From NCBI GenBank assembly GCA_039588915.1, contig JBDGYV010000009.1, forward strand, positions 517 through 64,516: a stretch of DNA of 64,000 bases, written 5' to 3'. The notes beneath the pieces are model-generated. The model did not search any database and was not told the origin of the DNA. It was given only the letters and a program-made list of their open reading frames with translations. Shown here piece by piece: positions 7,255-16,619 of the stretch; the first letter of the stretch is position 1; every line of letters begins with the position of its first letter. Made by a program: the position numbers and the translations under genes. The DNA comes from Gemmatimonadota bacterium (GTDB lineage: Bacteria > Gemmatimonadota > Gemmatimonadetes > JACCXV01 > JAHWKZ01).

Positions 7255-7976
7255 GACCGGTCGAGCCAAGGCGCGATACGCCAGCATCGCATGCGCCACA
7301 CCATCCAAATCGCCTCCCAGACGATCGCGCGATTCATCTTACTGCTACCGACGTTGCGATCGACAAAGACGATGGGGATCTCGACCAGCCGGAAGCCCGC
7401 GCGATCCGCGCGAAACACAGTTTCGATTTGGAACGCATAGCCGGTGGAGTGGATGCGATCCAGGTCGATCGTTTCGAGAACTTTACGCCGATAGCACTTG
7501 AACCCGCTGGTCAGATCGTTGAGCGGCAACCCGGTTACCATTCGTGCGTAGGCATTGGCTAACCAGGACAACAGCAGCCGCCCCATCGGCCAGTTCACGA
7601 CTGTTACACCGCGGGTATAGCGTGAGCCGATAACCAGATCGAAGTCGTCGGCCAACTCCAGAAACTCCGGCAGGTGACGGGGATCGTGTGAGAAGTCGGC
7701 GTCCATTTCGAACACCAGCTGGTAGCCACGCTCGAGCGCGAAGCGAAATCCATCGATGTACGCCGTTCCGAGACCGAGCTTGCCCGCCCGGTGGATGACG
7801 TGAACCCGCTCGTGATTGTTCGCCAGCGAGTCGGCAATCTCACCGGTACCGTCCGGCGAAGCATCATCGATGACGAGTACCTCTAAACGTTCGCTTTGCG
7901 CCAGGACCTCGTGTACGAGCGGTTGCAGGTTCTTCCGCTCGTCGTACGTGGGGACGATGACGAGGGCGTCACGCAT
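7251..7976 (-). CDS. GT2 polyprenol-phosphate mannosyl/glycosyltransferase (Dpm1/Ppm1-like, soluble, 241 aa)
   Basis: ALVIVPTYDERKNL, VLVIDDASPDGTGEIA, FEMDADFSHDP and LTSGFKCYRRKVLE give a typical Dpm1-like GT2 layout. Confidence 0.85.
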   Translation of the reverse strand: MRDALVIVPTYDERKNLQPLVHEVLAQSERLEVLVIDDASPDGTGEIADSLANNHERVHVIHRAGKLGLGTAYIDGFRFALERGYQLVFEMDADFSHDPRHLPEFLELADDFDLVIGSRYTRGVTVVNWPMGRLLLSWLANAYARMVTGLPLNDLTSGFKCYRRKVLETIDLDRIHSTGYAFQIETVFRADRAGFRLVEIPIVFVDRNVGSSKMNRAIVWEAIWMVWRMRCWRIAPWLDRS

Positions 7977-9258
7977 CGCGATTACGGATGACGGACCCGA
8001 ATCTCAGGGGCACCTCGCTTGTCGGTTGTAGCTCAGGGGTGTCGGGTTTATCGCGCATCGTGTCGGCGTGCCGAGCGTACCAGGCGGCACCCGGGATCGC
8101 CGTCAGCCCGTGCGCGACGATGCTCATTAGTACGGTGAAGACGACGATCGAGAAGATGAGATCGGCTGACATTATAGCCGAGCGCTCGACGATCAACAGG
8201 CCAAACAGGATTGAGGCTAACCCGCGCGGGCCGAACCAGCCGACAAACGCGACCGTGGGCCAACTCAGTTTCAAACCGAACAAGCTGAGCCAAACCGGGA
8301 CGATACGGATCACACTCAAGCTCAACAGGCCGTACAGCAGAACGCTGCCGCTAAACAAGCCCGACATCTGCGGGACCAGGACGGCGCCAAACACGAGAAA
8401 GACGAGCAATGTGAGCAATTGGCCTTCAGCTTCCGCGAAGGCGTACAGCCCTTGACAATGATCACGCACCGCAGCACCCAACGCGAGACCCGCGGCGAAA
8501 GCGGCGATAAACCCGTTGCCACCGAGGACCTCAGAGATACCGAAAGCCAACAGCGCGAGGCCGATCAGCGAAAGGTCACGAAACACGTCATTCATCCAGC
8601 CCGTGGAAACGGCCCGATCGACGAGCCGGCCGCCGACCAGACCAACCGCCACTCCGGCCGCAGGGCCGATGGTGACCTGGAGCACGGCGAACCGAATCCA
8701 CCCCACGGTCCCATCCGCGGTCCCGGAGGCACCGGCCAGCGCCAAGCAGATCAGCAACACGGGAAGCACGAGCCCGTCGTTGAGCCCACTCTCCACGTTC
8801 AGTGCCTGGCGTATCCGCACCGGTACGCGAGGGTTGGATACGACCGCGTGACCTAGCGCGGCGTCGGTGGGCGCGAGCATCACGCCCAACACTGCAGCTT
8901 CCCAGATCGAGAATGAGGGAAAGAGAGTGGTCGCCACCAACGCACCCAGGACGATTGTCAAGGGCAACCCGATGCCGAGGAGGCGCACCGGCATGTTGTG
9001 ATCGCGGATCAGAGTTCGGATGTCGATTCTCGCCGCGTCGGTAAACAGGACCAGCATCAACGTCACTTCGGCCAACGTGTGGATGGCGGCGTGACCGATC
9101 TCCGGTGTCGCGAGAGCAAGCCCGAGTGGACCGACGAGCAGTCCGGCAAAGGTGAACATCATCGGTGGGGTGATGGCGGTTCGTTCTATCCGATTGGATA
9201 CCAAGCCGTATCCGACCACGCAGGCCCCGATCACGATGAGGGCGAGCGTTCCGCTCAC
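7969..9258 (-). CDS. Na+/H+ (cation/proton) antiporter, CPA1 family (429 aa)
   Basis: About 11-12 predicted TM helices. Motifs LAPTDAALG and ESGLNDGLVLP are typical of the NhaP/Na_H_Exchanger family. Confidence 0.85.
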   Translation of the reverse strand: MSGTLALIVIGACVVGYGLVSNRIERTAITPPMMFTFAGLLVGPLGLALATPEIGHAAIHTLAEVTLMLVLFTDAARIDIRTLIRDHNMPVRLLGIGLPLTIVLGALVATTLFPSFSIWEAAVLGVMLAPTDAALGHAVVSNPRVPVRIRQALNVESGLNDGLVLPVLLICLALAGASGTADGTVGWIRFAVLQVTIGPAAGVAVGLVGGRLVDRAVSTGWMNDVFRDLSLIGLALLAFGISEVLGGNGFIAAFAAGLALGAAVRDHCQGLYAFAEAEGQLLTLLVFLVFGAVLVPQMSGLFSGSVLLYGLLSLSVIRIVPVWLSLFGLKLSWPTVAFVGWFGPRGLASILFGLLIVERSAIMSADLIFSIVVFTVLMSIVAHGLTAIPGAAWYARHADTMRDKPDTPELQPTSEVPLRFGSVIRNRDA

Positions 9259-10241
9259 TTCTTCTGCTCACTGTCGGCGGTGGCGGCCGTCGATAAGTCG
9301 CGATACCCAAAAAGGGCGGCCAGCGCGCCGGCCACGGCCACTTCGACGGCGGTCAACCAGAGGCGCGATAGGATCGCGGCGGCGGCAGCGGCTGACGGTG
9401 GTAGGAACCGCGCGAGTAGAAGTGCGTACACGCCCTCCCTCACGCCGATGCCACCCGGCGCGAAGACCGCCAGCCAACCGACCGCATATCCGGCTGCGCT
9501 GACGCCGACGAGCGGCCAGAGATCGGCCGCGGCCACCACCGTTAAACCAGACAAGAAGAGGTAGAACCCCGTGCCGAAGAAGAACCATGCGATGACATAG
9601 CCGACCACCAGCAACCCGCGCTGACGCATCCCGATCGACACGGTCTCGGAGACATCGTTGGGTTGGCAGCGCGTCAGTACGGCTCGGACACCATCGAACA
9701 GTGGCGTGAAGACGAGCCCCGCTAAGCCAACGAGCACCACGAACGGCAGCCACGTTGGCCCGGGGATCGAGCTGCCGCCTAACGTGGCGACGGTCACGAT
9801 CACCGCACTGCCGATCACGAACGCTTGCGCCAGCACGCTGGCTGCAACGGTGGTTGACGAGGAGACACCTTTGGCGCGGGCGAGATAGGCCGTCCCGGCG
9901 AGCTGAAACACCTTGCCTGGTACGTACCGCGCGAGGTTGCCGAAGTACCAGATCCGATGCGCGTCGACCAAAGCCAACCGACCGCCCAATGCGTAGAGGA
10001 GTTTTCGCCACAGAACCACGAATAGGCTGTACGCGGTGATGACGCAGAGCGAGCCCAGCGCCAATCGGGGCCAGCGAAACGACCATGAATACGCCTCGAC
10101 CTGGTTCCAATGGCGAGCCACGTACCATACCAGAGCGACGAGTACGATCGCCGCTCCGACTCGCTCGAGCCACGCCAACCGTTGGCGGTCGCGCGCCGGG
10201 CCGTCGACTGGGCTCAGCTTGCCAAGTCCCTCTTGCGCCAC
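9255..10241 (-). CDS. flippase-like membrane protein (lysylphosphatidylglycerol-synthase TM-region / UPF0104 family, 328 aa)
   Basis: Polytopic membrane protein. WRKLLYALGGRLALVDAHRIWYFGNLARYVPGKVFQLAGTAYLARAKG and a C-terminal PGGIGVREG motif match my memory of the MprF flippase-domain family. 4-nt overlap with the antiporter gene. Confidence 0.7.
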   Translation of the reverse strand: MAQEGLGKLSPVDGPARDRQRLAWLERVGAAIVLVALVWYVARHWNQVEAYSWSFRWPRLALGSLCVITAYSLFVVLWRKLLYALGGRLALVDAHRIWYFGNLARYVPGKVFQLAGTAYLARAKGVSSSTTVAASVLAQAFVIGSAVIVTVATLGGSSIPGPTWLPFVVLVGLAGLVFTPLFDGVRAVLTRCQPNDVSETVSIGMRQRGLLVVGYVIAWFFFGTGFYLFLSGLTVVAAADLWPLVGVSAAGYAVGWLAVFAPGGIGVREGVYALLLARFLPPSAAAAAAILSRLWLTAVEVAVAGALAALFGYRDLSTAATADSEQKK

Positions 10242-12592
10242 GTAGCGACCAACAATCCAAGCCAGAGCGCCAAACCGCCGAGGCTACCCCATCGCCCGTA
10301 GGTTACGAACGGATCTTCGAACTCCATTTCGATCCGATGCCGGCCGGTGGGAACGGCGACAGCCCGGAGAGCGACGTCGACTTGCGAGACCCGTGTCGGC
10401 TCACCATCGATCGTAGCTCGCCAGTACGGGTGGTAGATCTCACTCGTGACGAGCAATCCGTCGGCTGCCATTTGTGCGTCGAGGATTAGACGATCGGTGT
10501 CGCGTGTGACCCATTCAACGGTGCTCGATCCCGGTTCCGCGCTGCTCAGCGCGGGACGCTCCGCCTTGCTCGTCAGGATCGCGGTGTGAAGGGGATCGAA
10601 ATCGGGGTCGAGTAGCCGAGCGCGCGCGTCAGGCGCATCGTCGACAGGTACCGCGTCATGGACGACCCAAGCCCGCGGCGTCACGGCTTGCCGTGCGTAG
10701 ACGTGACGCCCCCCGTCTTGGTGAACGAGGTCGAAGCCGGCCGCCTGCACAGCAGGCCCCGAGACCACGTACCGTACGTTCAACAACGACCACACGTGGG
10801 GCTCAGCCAGTCCCTGTAAATCTTCACCAACCAGATCGTCCCACCAAGCCAATCGAAAGTTCTGTGAGCCGGTGACCGACTCGATCCCGAAAAGCATGAG
10901 GTCGTTAGGACCGTAGGCGTTTGGCAAAGGCCAGACGCGAAACGGCGCGGGCTGTTGCCGCAAAAAGTCGACCGTCGGGTCGGCACGGGTGACGCGCTCG
11001 ATTGGCAACGTGTCGTAGAAGTCCCGGTCCACACGCCAAAGATCGACCAGCGCGATGCTGGCCAGGATCGCACACGCGATCAACGGTGCCATTTGCCGAC
11101 GAGCGGCAAGCCAGCAGATCACGACGCCAGCACCCCAGAACAGGGCGAATAAACCCAACCCCGTGACGAATGCGGGCATCGCCTGCAGGATGTCGGGGGT
11201 GCGACGGACGCTGAACTGCGTGTCGTAGAGCAGGCTCGTCCATATGTTGGCGAATCCGTCGGGTGCGGTGGTTGCCCAGGCCCACAGAGCGAACCAGACG
11301 ACGCCCAAGCCCCCGGCGACCTTCCACGCTAGATGTCGGCGATCCGCCAGAGCTTCCCACCGGTCGTAAAGACACTGGGCGCCGAACCCGGCCAATACGC
11401 AGGTCGAGAGCGCGACGACCGAATACATCATCGCCGGTGCACGAAACGACTTCATGATCGGAAGCGTCCAGTAGAACAGGCGGTGGACTGGTGTCGCCGC
11501 ACCCCAGGCGAAGAGAAGGCCACCGATGGCGAGCGCGGCGAAGAACCATACGCGAGCCGATCGTCGAACAACCAGCGCCAGCAGCGCCAGCAGAACCGGC
11601 ACCGCGCCCAGGTACTCGGTGTGGAGCTTGAACGGGTTGGTGCCCCAATACTCGTGCAAGTACCCCTGAAACCCGGGCCATACTGTGGCCAGTGTCTCTT
11701 GTACCGGCATCGACCACGAGGATGCGTATTCGTACCCACGATCGGCGCGATGCGAAAACTGTAGCATGTTGGCCGTCGGCCAGATCTCGATCAGCGCCAG
11801 CAGGCCAGCCAACGCGTATGCGCCGACGAACGACGCGCCGAGCAGTGCAACGGTTCGGGTGGCGTCCGTCTCTCGGTACAGCTGGACCAAACGAAATGCG
11901 ACATACGCCGCGACGCCCATGGCCGCGAAATACATCATCTGGACGTGCGGTGTAAACGCTTGCAGCGCCACGACCGCCGTGAGCCACAGAAACCAGTGCG
12001 GGCGACGGCGTTCGATGGCGCGCTCGGCCAGCAGGAACAGCGCCGGGGTCCAGCTCATGGCAAACATCCGGCCGTCCTGACCAGCGTACAGATGGCTCAT
12101 CAGGTAGCCGGTGAAACCATATGCGACGCCGGCGACGAGCGCTGCCCCGGGAGCGAGCTTGAGCTCACGGGCCAAGCCGTACATGAGTGCGCCAGCGAGG
12201 ATTACATGCAACACGAAGCCCCAGCCGATCGCGCGGTGGAGTGGCATCGCGAAATAGAGGAGCGACGATGGATAGTAGACCGGGTAAGGCAGGGTCGACA
12301 GGTAAGGCAGCCCACCGAACACGAACGGGTTCCACTGTGGCAGACCGTGACCAGACTGAACTTGTTCGACGGCGAAGGATCGGCTCTGATACGCTTGCGA
12401 CAACATGTCCGTGCCGAACATGACGCTGTTGCGCTCGGTGATGAAAGACCCAAAGAACGTCAGTGTGGCGATCGTCAAACCGATCAAGAACAGCCACCAA
12501 ATCCGACGAGATGGAGTTGTCCGAGCCGGGGGTGAGGGTGGTCGGGTTTTTGCGCGCTTTCCCTTCTTCTTCCCCTTTTTGGCCGCGGTCAT
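10214..12592 (-). CDS. YfhO-family polytopic membrane glycosyltransferase (GT-C-like), 792 aa
   Basis: The track ORF runs to 12886, but its first 98 aa are Arg-rich junk overlapping the upstream gene. ATG at 12592 (MTAAKKGKKKGKR...) makes an ATGA overlap with the methyltransferase stop. The multi-TM N-terminal two thirds (FGGLPYLSTLPYPVYYPSSLLYFAMP...) and extracytoplasmic C-terminal domain fit YfhO. Confidence 0.8.
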   Translation of the reverse strand: MTAAKKGKKKGKRAKTRPPSPPARTTPSRRIWWLFLIGLTIATLTFFGSFITERNSVMFGTDMLSQAYQSRSFAVEQVQSGHGLPQWNPFVFGGLPYLSTLPYPVYYPSSLLYFAMPLHRAIGWGFVLHVILAGALMYGLARELKLAPGAALVAGVAYGFTGYLMSHLYAGQDGRMFAMSWTPALFLLAERAIERRRPHWFLWLTAVVALQAFTPHVQMMYFAAMGVAAYVAFRLVQLYRETDATRTVALLGASFVGAYALAGLLALIEIWPTANMLQFSHRADRGYEYASSWSMPVQETLATVWPGFQGYLHEYWGTNPFKLHTEYLGAVPVLLALLALVVRRSARVWFFAALAIGGLLFAWGAATPVHRLFYWTLPIMKSFRAPAMMYSVVALSTCVLAGFGAQCLYDRWEALADRRHLAWKVAGGLGVVWFALWAWATTAPDGFANIWTSLLYDTQFSVRRTPDILQAMPAFVTGLGLFALFWGAGVVICWLAARRQMAPLIACAILASIALVDLWRVDRDFYDTLPIERVTRADPTVDFLRQQPAPFRVWPLPNAYGPNDLMLFGIESVTGSQNFRLAWWDDLVGEDLQGLAEPHVWSLLNVRYVVSGPAVQAAGFDLVHQDGGRHVYARQAVTPRAWVVHDAVPVDDAPDARARLLDPDFDPLHTAILTSKAERPALSSAEPGSSTVEWVTRDTDRLILDAQMAADGLLVTSEIYHPYWRATIDGEPTRVSQVDVALRAVAVPTGRHRIEMEFEDPFVTYGRWGSLGGLALWLGLLVATWRKRDLAS

Positions 12593-13392
12593 TGGGCGCT
12601 TCCGTGACGTATGAGGAAAAACCACTGCGGCGAGAAGAGCTCGAGGGCCCGTTGCCGAGATCCGGCTGGCAACGAACGGGCGACCCGCCCCACTAGCCGA
12701 CCGATCCGGCTCGTATAGCGACCGAGTTCGGTCACCAGCACTCGATCGGTCAAATCGTCGAGTATTAGGCCGTGACGGCCCGCGGCAGTGGCCAGACGAC
12801 GATACGTGGTGAACTTGATGTCGGCGTAGCCCTTCCCGCGCCCGCTCCACTGCAGGATCCGCGTCGCGACTGACTCGGGCCACCATGCCAAAGTGGGGAT
12901 GCGGTAATGGGGCTCAATGACTGCAAATCGGTTGCCGGCTGTCATGTACACGCGGCCATTGGTGGCTAACACTCGGGCAAGCTCCGTAAAGAAGGCATCC
13001 AGGTTCCGAACGTGCTCGTAGACGTGGTTCGCGATTCCGAAGTCGACGCTCCGATCGCGCAGCGGTAGCCGCTCCAGATCAGCGACCGCCATCCGCTCCG
13101 GATCCTCCACGAACGCAAGATCGATCTCAAACCCGATGATCGGACGACCAACCCGCTCCTCCAATCGTCTTCGGATTAGCCCGGTACCAGCGCCGAGATC
13201 GACAACCATCGGCGCGGTCTCGAGCCACGACTGACAGACGGCATGGATAAGGTCCGCTTTCTGGCGACGTGATGCTCGGTATTTGGGGTTCGCCAGCCAC
13301 CGGGTGTAATAATCGCCCGTCAATCCTGGGTCGTTACCGTTCCACCGGGCTTCGCGTACACGTGATCGAGGCGTGTCAAGATCATGTCCCAA
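12589..13392 (-). CDS. class I SAM-dependent methyltransferase (267 aa)
   Basis: VVDLGAGTGLIRRRL (SAM motif I) and DFGIANHVYEHV. The start is uncertain because the ORF overlaps the upstream GT4 stop by 73 nt. Confidence 0.8.
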   Translation of the reverse strand: MGHDLDTPRSRVREARWNGNDPGLTGDYYTRWLANPKYRASRRQKADLIHAVCQSWLETAPMVVDLGAGTGLIRRRLEERVGRPIIGFEIDLAFVEDPERMAVADLERLPLRDRSVDFGIANHVYEHVRNLDAFFTELARVLATNGRVYMTAGNRFAVIEPHYRIPTLAWWPESVATRILQWSGRGKGYADIKFTTYRRLATAAGRHGLILDDLTDRVLVTELGRYTSRIGRLVGRVARSLPAGSRQRALELFSPQWFFLIRHGSAQ

Positions 13393-14516
13393 CCAAACGC
13401 TTCGCGCACGTGTTTACGACCGGCAGAGCCGATTCGGTTCGCCAGCCCCGAGTCGTCCAGCACACGTCGAATGCCGTCAGCGATCGCCGGTACCGTGTCC
13501 TCGACCAGCAACCCGGTGTGCCCGTCTTCGACGATGTCGGTGATGCCACCTCGGCGCGTTGCTACCACCGGTACTCCGTACGTCATCGCTTCGAGCAACA
13601 CCACGCCGAGCCCCTCGGTGTCGTCACGCTCGTCGACCGTAGCCGGCAAGACGAAGCACGCCGCCCGCCGATACGCTGTCACCAGCTCTTCTTGGCTGAC
13701 TTTGCCGAGGAACTCGACACGTCCGGCGATACCGAGTTCTTCAGCTAGCTTCGCCAGCCGGTCGTGCTCGGGACCAAACCCGACTAGCTCCAATCGCCAA
13801 CGATGATCGCATTGCGTGGCCAGCGCCTCGAGCAAGCGGTGAACGCCTTTGCGCTCGACGAGACGGCCGACAAACAGGATGACCGGGTCACCACCGCTTG
13901 AGGATGGTCCGGTCGCGCCGTCGTGTGCAGGCAATGGCACTCCATATGGAATGATCTCGATCTTGGCCGGCGTGTAGGGCACCAGCGAGGCTTGCGTGCT
14001 GGCTGAGATGGCGACCAGTTTCGACCGCCGGCAGTACCACCGCAGAAACGCCTTGGCAGGTGGGAAACGCGTCTCCGCCCATCGGATCTCGGCGCCGTAA
14101 AACGTGGTCACAAGCTCGGCTCCAGCAGCTCTGGAAGCCGTCCAGCCGATCATACCGTGGGGTACGGCCCAGTGAACATGCACCACGTCGAACCGTTCCC
14201 GGCGCCCCAGCCGACGCCCGGCAGCCATTCCCGCGGTCAAGTACGAAGGCAGCAGCAGCGCGTATGCTGGTTGCCGCTGTAGCCGATCCGGGGTCGCCTC
14301 CTCGTGCGTCAGTCGCTCCCACTTGGACGGCGCGTACCGAAACCGATGAACGGTTACCGGACCCTGACGCTGCCTGCCCAATCCGCGATAGGTGGGTACG
14401 AGCACGTGCACATCGTGTCCAGCCTCGGCTTGTTTTTGGCACAAGGTGACGAGCCAGGGCGTGATCACGTCGTCGGTCGATCGCGGCCAGGCGGTAGCGA
14501 CGTGGAGTAAGCGCAT
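13320..14516 (-). CDS. GT4-family glycosyltransferase (GT-B fold)
   Basis: MRLLHVATAWPRS...; C-terminal EGLGVVLLEAMTYGVPVVATRRGGITDIVEDGHTGLLV (E-x7-E region). I trimmed the start from the track's 14579 to ATG at 14516. Confidence 0.85.
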   Translation of the reverse strand: MRLLHVATAWPRSTDDVITPWLVTLCQKQAEAGHDVHVLVPTYRGLGRQRQGPVTVHRFRYAPSKWERLTHEEATPDRLQRQPAYALLLPSYLTAGMAAGRRLGRRERFDVVHVHWAVPHGMIGWTASRAAGAELVTTFYGAEIRWAETRFPPAKAFLRWYCRRSKLVAISASTQASLVPYTPAKIEIIPYGVPLPAHDGATGPSSSGGDPVILFVGRLVERKGVHRLLEALATQCDHRWRLELVGFGPEHDRLAKLAEELGIAGRVEFLGKVSQEELVTAYRRAACFVLPATVDERDDTEGLGVVLLEAMTYGVPVVATRRGGITDIVEDGHTGLLVEDTVPAIADGIRRVLDDSGLANRIGSAGRKHVREAFGWDMILTRLDHVYAKPGGTVTTQD

Positions 14517-14547
14517 CACCCTGCGAGAGCCTGGCGGGCGGGGCGCT

Positions 14548-15504
14548 TCACCCCTCCGTGCCCGGTGGCTTGTCAGCATCGAGCAGCCGGCGCTCGAGGT
14601 GCTCGACGCGATCGCGAACCTGGACGATTCCCTCTGCCAAAACGCCCAAAGAGAAGAACAATACGCCCAAGAGGAGCAGCAGTATGACGAGGTAGAGCAA
14701 CGGTCGGTACCCTTGGTCGAGCCCGAATCGGAAATACAGAGCGACGATTCCGACCGCGAACCCGCTTGCCCCTAGAACAATGCCTAGGGTGCCAAAGAAC
14801 ACGAGCGGTCGACGGAGAATCGAAGTCAGCATCTTGACCGATAAGAGGTCGAGCACACCGGTGAGTATGCGTCCTGTCCCAGAGTACTTGGATGTCCCGA
14901 ATCGTCTCGGATACAGCCTAATCGGTATTTCAGTCACCCGGTAGCCATGGTCATGCGCCAGAACCACGAAGAAACGGTGCCAGTCGTGTCGCAGCGGAAT
15001 GACGTCCAGGATATCTCTACGAAAGGCCTTCATCGAGTTGAGATCGTGAACGGGCACCCTGAAGAGCTTCCGCGACAACCAGTTGTAGATAACCGAAACG
15101 AACCGTTTTTCGTACGGGCCTTGTTTCCAGCCGGTCACCACGTCGTATCCCTCGTGGAGCTTATCGAGGAAGCGTGGAATCTCGTCTGGCGTGTGTTGCA
15201 GATCGGCGTCAAACAGAACGATGTACCGCTGCCGGGTAGCGGTCGAAGCGGTCACCATGGCTTCCGTTTTTCCGCAGTTCGCGGCATGGCGCTCGATTCG
15301 AACTGGCACTGGGAAGTTTCGAGCCGCTTCGACCGCGGCTGACGCGGTGCCGTCGGTGGAACCGTCATCGATTAGCAGGATCTCGCCGCCCAGTTCGTGG
15401 TCAAGCCATGTCTTGCGCAGTGCGTCGAAGAGCGGGGTCATGCTTTCGACCTCGTTATACGCCGGGATAGCCAGCGCGAACCCGCCTCGGGACTCTGCCG
15501 TCAT
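14548..15504 (-). CDS. GT2 polyprenyl-phosphate glycosyltransferase with two C-terminal TM helices (GtrB/CsbB/ArnC-like, 318 aa)
   Basis: ALAIPAYNEVESM, ILLIDDGSTDGT, VLFDADLQHTPDEI and C-terminal TM helices (LVFFGTLGIVLGASGFAVGIVALYF; LLYLVILLLLLGVLFFSLGVL). The track ORF extends to 15858. ATG at 15504 gives an ATGA overlap with the upstream stop. Confidence 0.85.
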   Translation of the reverse strand: MTAESRGGFALAIPAYNEVESMTPLFDALRKTWLDHELGGEILLIDDGSTDGTASAAVEAARNFPVPVRIERHAANCGKTEAMVTASTATRQRYIVLFDADLQHTPDEIPRFLDKLHEGYDVVTGWKQGPYEKRFVSVIYNWLSRKLFRVPVHDLNSMKAFRRDILDVIPLRHDWHRFFVVLAHDHGYRVTEIPIRLYPRRFGTSKYSGTGRILTGVLDLLSVKMLTSILRRPLVFFGTLGIVLGASGFAVGIVALYFRFGLDQGYRPLLYLVILLLLLGVLFFSLGVLAEGIVQVRDRVEHLERRLLDADKPPGTEG

Positions 15505-16619
15505 GTGCTCGTTCCGCTCGCCTGCTGGAGCACCGCCATGGTCTGGGTCGCCGCAGCGTCCCACGTGTAGTGCTTGGCCCGCTCGATGGCCGCCAGTTCC
15601 AATCGCTGCCGTTCGCTTGGTTCTACGATCGCTCGGCTCATGGCAGCCGCTAGGCGCCGCACGTCGCCGTGCGGCACCGCCCACCCGGTTTCGCCGGCCA
15701 CAATCGTATCCCTCAAGCCCGGCGCGTCGCTGACGATGGCGATCGTCCCCACGCGTTGAGCCTCGAGGCTGGATATGCCCCACCCCTCCTTGGGGCTCGT
15801 ATAGCAAAGCGCCCACGCGGATCTGAGGAACTCCCACTTGCGGTCTTCCGCGACCCAACCGACGAACTCGATTCGGTCTGAGCCGCTGGCCGCCGCGCGA
15901 CGCTCGAGCTGCGATCGGTGGTCACCATCGCCGGCGATGACGAGTCTTGCGTCCGGATGGTCAAGGGACACGAGCGCGAAAGCCTCCAAGATCAGCTCGA
16001 TCGCCTTGTAACGCTTCAATCTCCCCAGATACAGAAACAGGGGTGTCGGTGACTTCTCTTTACTGATCAGGTCATCGAAGGGCGCGTCGGAGATGCCATT
16101 GGGGATGACCGTGATCTGCTCTCGGCGCACTCCGCGCCGCGTCAACTCGTCTGCGGTAGAATCGGACACCGCGATAAAAGCTGAGTGCCGGTAGGCGCGC
16201 GAGATCGGTCGCTCGCCGAGCCAGACATAAGTCGCGAACGCTGGGTTCGTCTCATGGTAGGCAGTTCGGCCGAGAAGGTGATGAACCAGCGCCACGACCG
16301 GCTTATCGGCGAACAGCGGTGACAGAAAAGGGATCTTGTTCAGGTCGTCGACGATTACATCATAGTCATTGTGACGGAGAACCCGTCGGTAGAAGCCCGG
16401 CACGACGTAGTTGAAAAGTCGGTATCGTTGTCCGCGCCTGAGGATATTGATCCCCTCCAGTTGCTCGTCGGACGGTGCGCCCGGATGGGCCGCGCACAAC
16501 AGATCCACGCGGTGACCCAACCGAGCGATCCGGCCAAAGACCTCACGCAAATGGAACTCCGCCCCACCAGCGAACGGGTGCGTCCAGTCCTGCCAGTTGA
16601 TGACAAGAACGCGCATCAA
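15501..16619 (-). CDS. GT4-family glycosyltransferase (372 aa)
   Basis: MRVLVINWQDWTHPFAGGAE...; EGWGISSLEAQRVGTIAIVSDAPGLRDTIVAGETGW (GT-B E-x7-E region). Confidence 0.85.
   Translation of the reverse strand: MMRVLVINWQDWTHPFAGGAEFHLREVFGRIARLGHRVDLLCAAHPGAPSDEQLEGINILRRGQRYRLFNYVVPGFYRRVLRHNDYDVIVDDLNKIPFLSPLFADKPVVALVHHLLGRTAYHETNPAFATYVWLGERPISRAYRHSAFIAVSDSTADELTRRGVRREQITVIPNGISDAPFDDLISKEKSPTPLFLYLGRLKRYKAIELILEAFALVSLDHPDARLVIAGDGDHRSQLERRAAASGSDRIEFVGWVAEDRKWEFLRSAWALCYTSPKEGWGISSLEAQRVGTIAIVSDAPGLRDTIVAGETGWAVPHGDVRRLAAAMSRAIVEPSERQRLELAAIERAKHYTWDAAATQTMAVLQQASGTST

Noticed and set aside
12593-12886. N-terminal extension of the YfhO ORF. There are analogous extensions at 26566..26961 (argS), 15505..15858 (GT2), 29086..29283 (BCCP), 14517..14579 (GT4), 43178..43327 (folB), 63409..63933 (Trm112) and 49348..50355 (lexA).
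   Set aside because: The extensions are Arg-rich, overlap the 3' end of the upstream gene, and precede an in-frame start. That start restores the expected protein N-terminus and usually creates an ATGA/GTGA junction.
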